Origin: Squalus acanthias
Lineage: Eukaryota
Assembly: GCA_030390025.1 (NCBI GenBank)
Contig: CM059433.1
Span: 7,504,001-7,568,000 of the forward strand
Direction: 5' to 3'
Length of the DNA stretch: 64,000 nt
A model generated the notes under the pieces. That model was not told the DNA's origin. It saw only the letters and a list, made by a program, of their open reading frames with translations, and searched no databases. Shown here piece after piece: positions 62,601 to 64,000 of this stretch (position 1 is its first letter; every line of letters begins with the position of its first letter). The position numbers were made by a program, and so were the translations under genes.

Positions 62601-64000
62601 GATAATTAGTTGGCCCACTAGCTAAATTAAACTTCCACTCCTGTACTACAATAAAAGCCTTACACAAACCTATTTCAGACTTTAACAAAGGATTTTGTTT
62701 ATGTCTTTGTCTAAGATTTAATTAAAGGCTACAGAATTTCACAGAACTACTTGATTATATGCTTTATGTGTCAACAACAAAATGACCAAATGAACATGAT
62801 TAAAACATTCAGCTGGACTTACTTACTAAAGAAACAAAATAGTTTCAGCCACATATTTCCGCGAAGTAAACGTTCTCTCTCTCTGAAATATATGTAGATT
62901 ACATTTAATACTCAGGTATGTGCGGTAATATACTGGCACCCTCCTTAAGATGGTTCTATGTTGTAATCAGGAAGAGTGCATTCTGGATTAGTGCCAGTTC
63001 ATCATGAGGTCTGTCTCATAGATCCCATTTACACTCATTCCGTCTCTTTCTGTAATGAAACAAAGTCTTTGACATTTTATTTCAAGGTATATATTTAGTT
63101 CTGTCTGCGTTGTACACTCTTTACCAGTTTGTCCTCTCTCTGTCATCCTTCTTTCAAATGGTCATATTCTGTGTCTCTACATACTTTTTTTTTATCCTGT
63201 TCTATTTCTTTCTCTCCATTTAAAACCTATTTTTCTCAGCTCCCATGTATCCCCTGCTGAGCAAAAAGGCCAGCACCCTGCTTTCAAATTTCTGGTAGTG
63301 TTGATCTTGAACCTGCCATTAGGAGGTATTGAGAACATCAGGGGCAATTTGCCTGCTAAAGTTCCCTAATTGTGTGGTAAAACACTTTATCTTGCTTAAC
63401 ATCATCCTAACACCACAACTGCGGGTGGAAACTCATGCGTGGGGATTTCTATCTTTCCTCCCTCCCTGTTTTCAAATATCTTTTCCTATGGTCTGTTTGA
63501 CACGTTAAAACTAGATGATTTATCATTTTTGAAACAGCTGTTCTGTAAGCAGGCATTGAAATATCTTTTCTCAGCATTTTCTCTACTTTCCTCCTTTTAA
63601 TTTCTTTCTGTCAAATACTGAGTCATTCCTCTCTCATCCACTGCCTTTATGGCTCCTAATGCTACCACCAATTACCAACAACATTTAAATTCTCTTTAAT
63701 CTTGCACAGTCAACATCAAACCTTAGTTCATAAGAGTTGGTTGTTTTTTGAGTAATAAAAAAAACCTGTTCCTGCTAAAAGCAGAGCTAACTACAATGGT
63801 TTATTTTTGACTGAAGTTAATCTCACAATTATTAAGTATAAGCCAAATATGGTGGCATGTAGCTAAGAGTTATGAGAATACAAGAGAACAGATTAATAGA
63901 ACATAACCAGAAATTGGGGAAAGCAAGTAAAAATCTTATCTCAGAAAATCTTGCATATGCCATCAAACTGAAACCAATCATGAGAGGAATGATTGATTTC

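Overview
Eukaryotic, repeat-rich vertebrate DNA. The repeat set (HE1-like V-SINE, SacSINE1-like Deu-domain SINEs, shark-type CR1 LINEs) points to a cartilaginous fish, probably a shark. The only host gene I recognise is ASAP2: its first coding exon (45181-45056, minus strand, 42 codons, GT donor) lies in a CpG island. Positions 1-45055 are therefore most likely intron 1, and I did not recognise exon 2. The rest is layered mobile DNA: many CR1 and L2 fragments, three Tx1-type 3' ends, several PIF/Harbinger-like MITEs, two Harbinger coding remnants, a Tigger/pogo remnant, SINEs, and Penelope-like fragments carrying minimal hammerhead ribozyme motifs. The most unusual observations are (1) a 172-bp foldback with a hammerhead motif on each strand, (2) a 3.3-kb single-ORF APE-RT LINE with a tRNA-SINE-like 5' head, (3) a Penelope-like foldback insertion whose centre copies 31 nt of nearby DNA, (4) a triplicated unit at the ASAP2 promoter plus a candidate divergent promoter, and (5) a possible 6.8-kb composite DNA transposon. 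Family names come from recognition of motifs, not database searches. Boundaries of degraded repeats are approximate.
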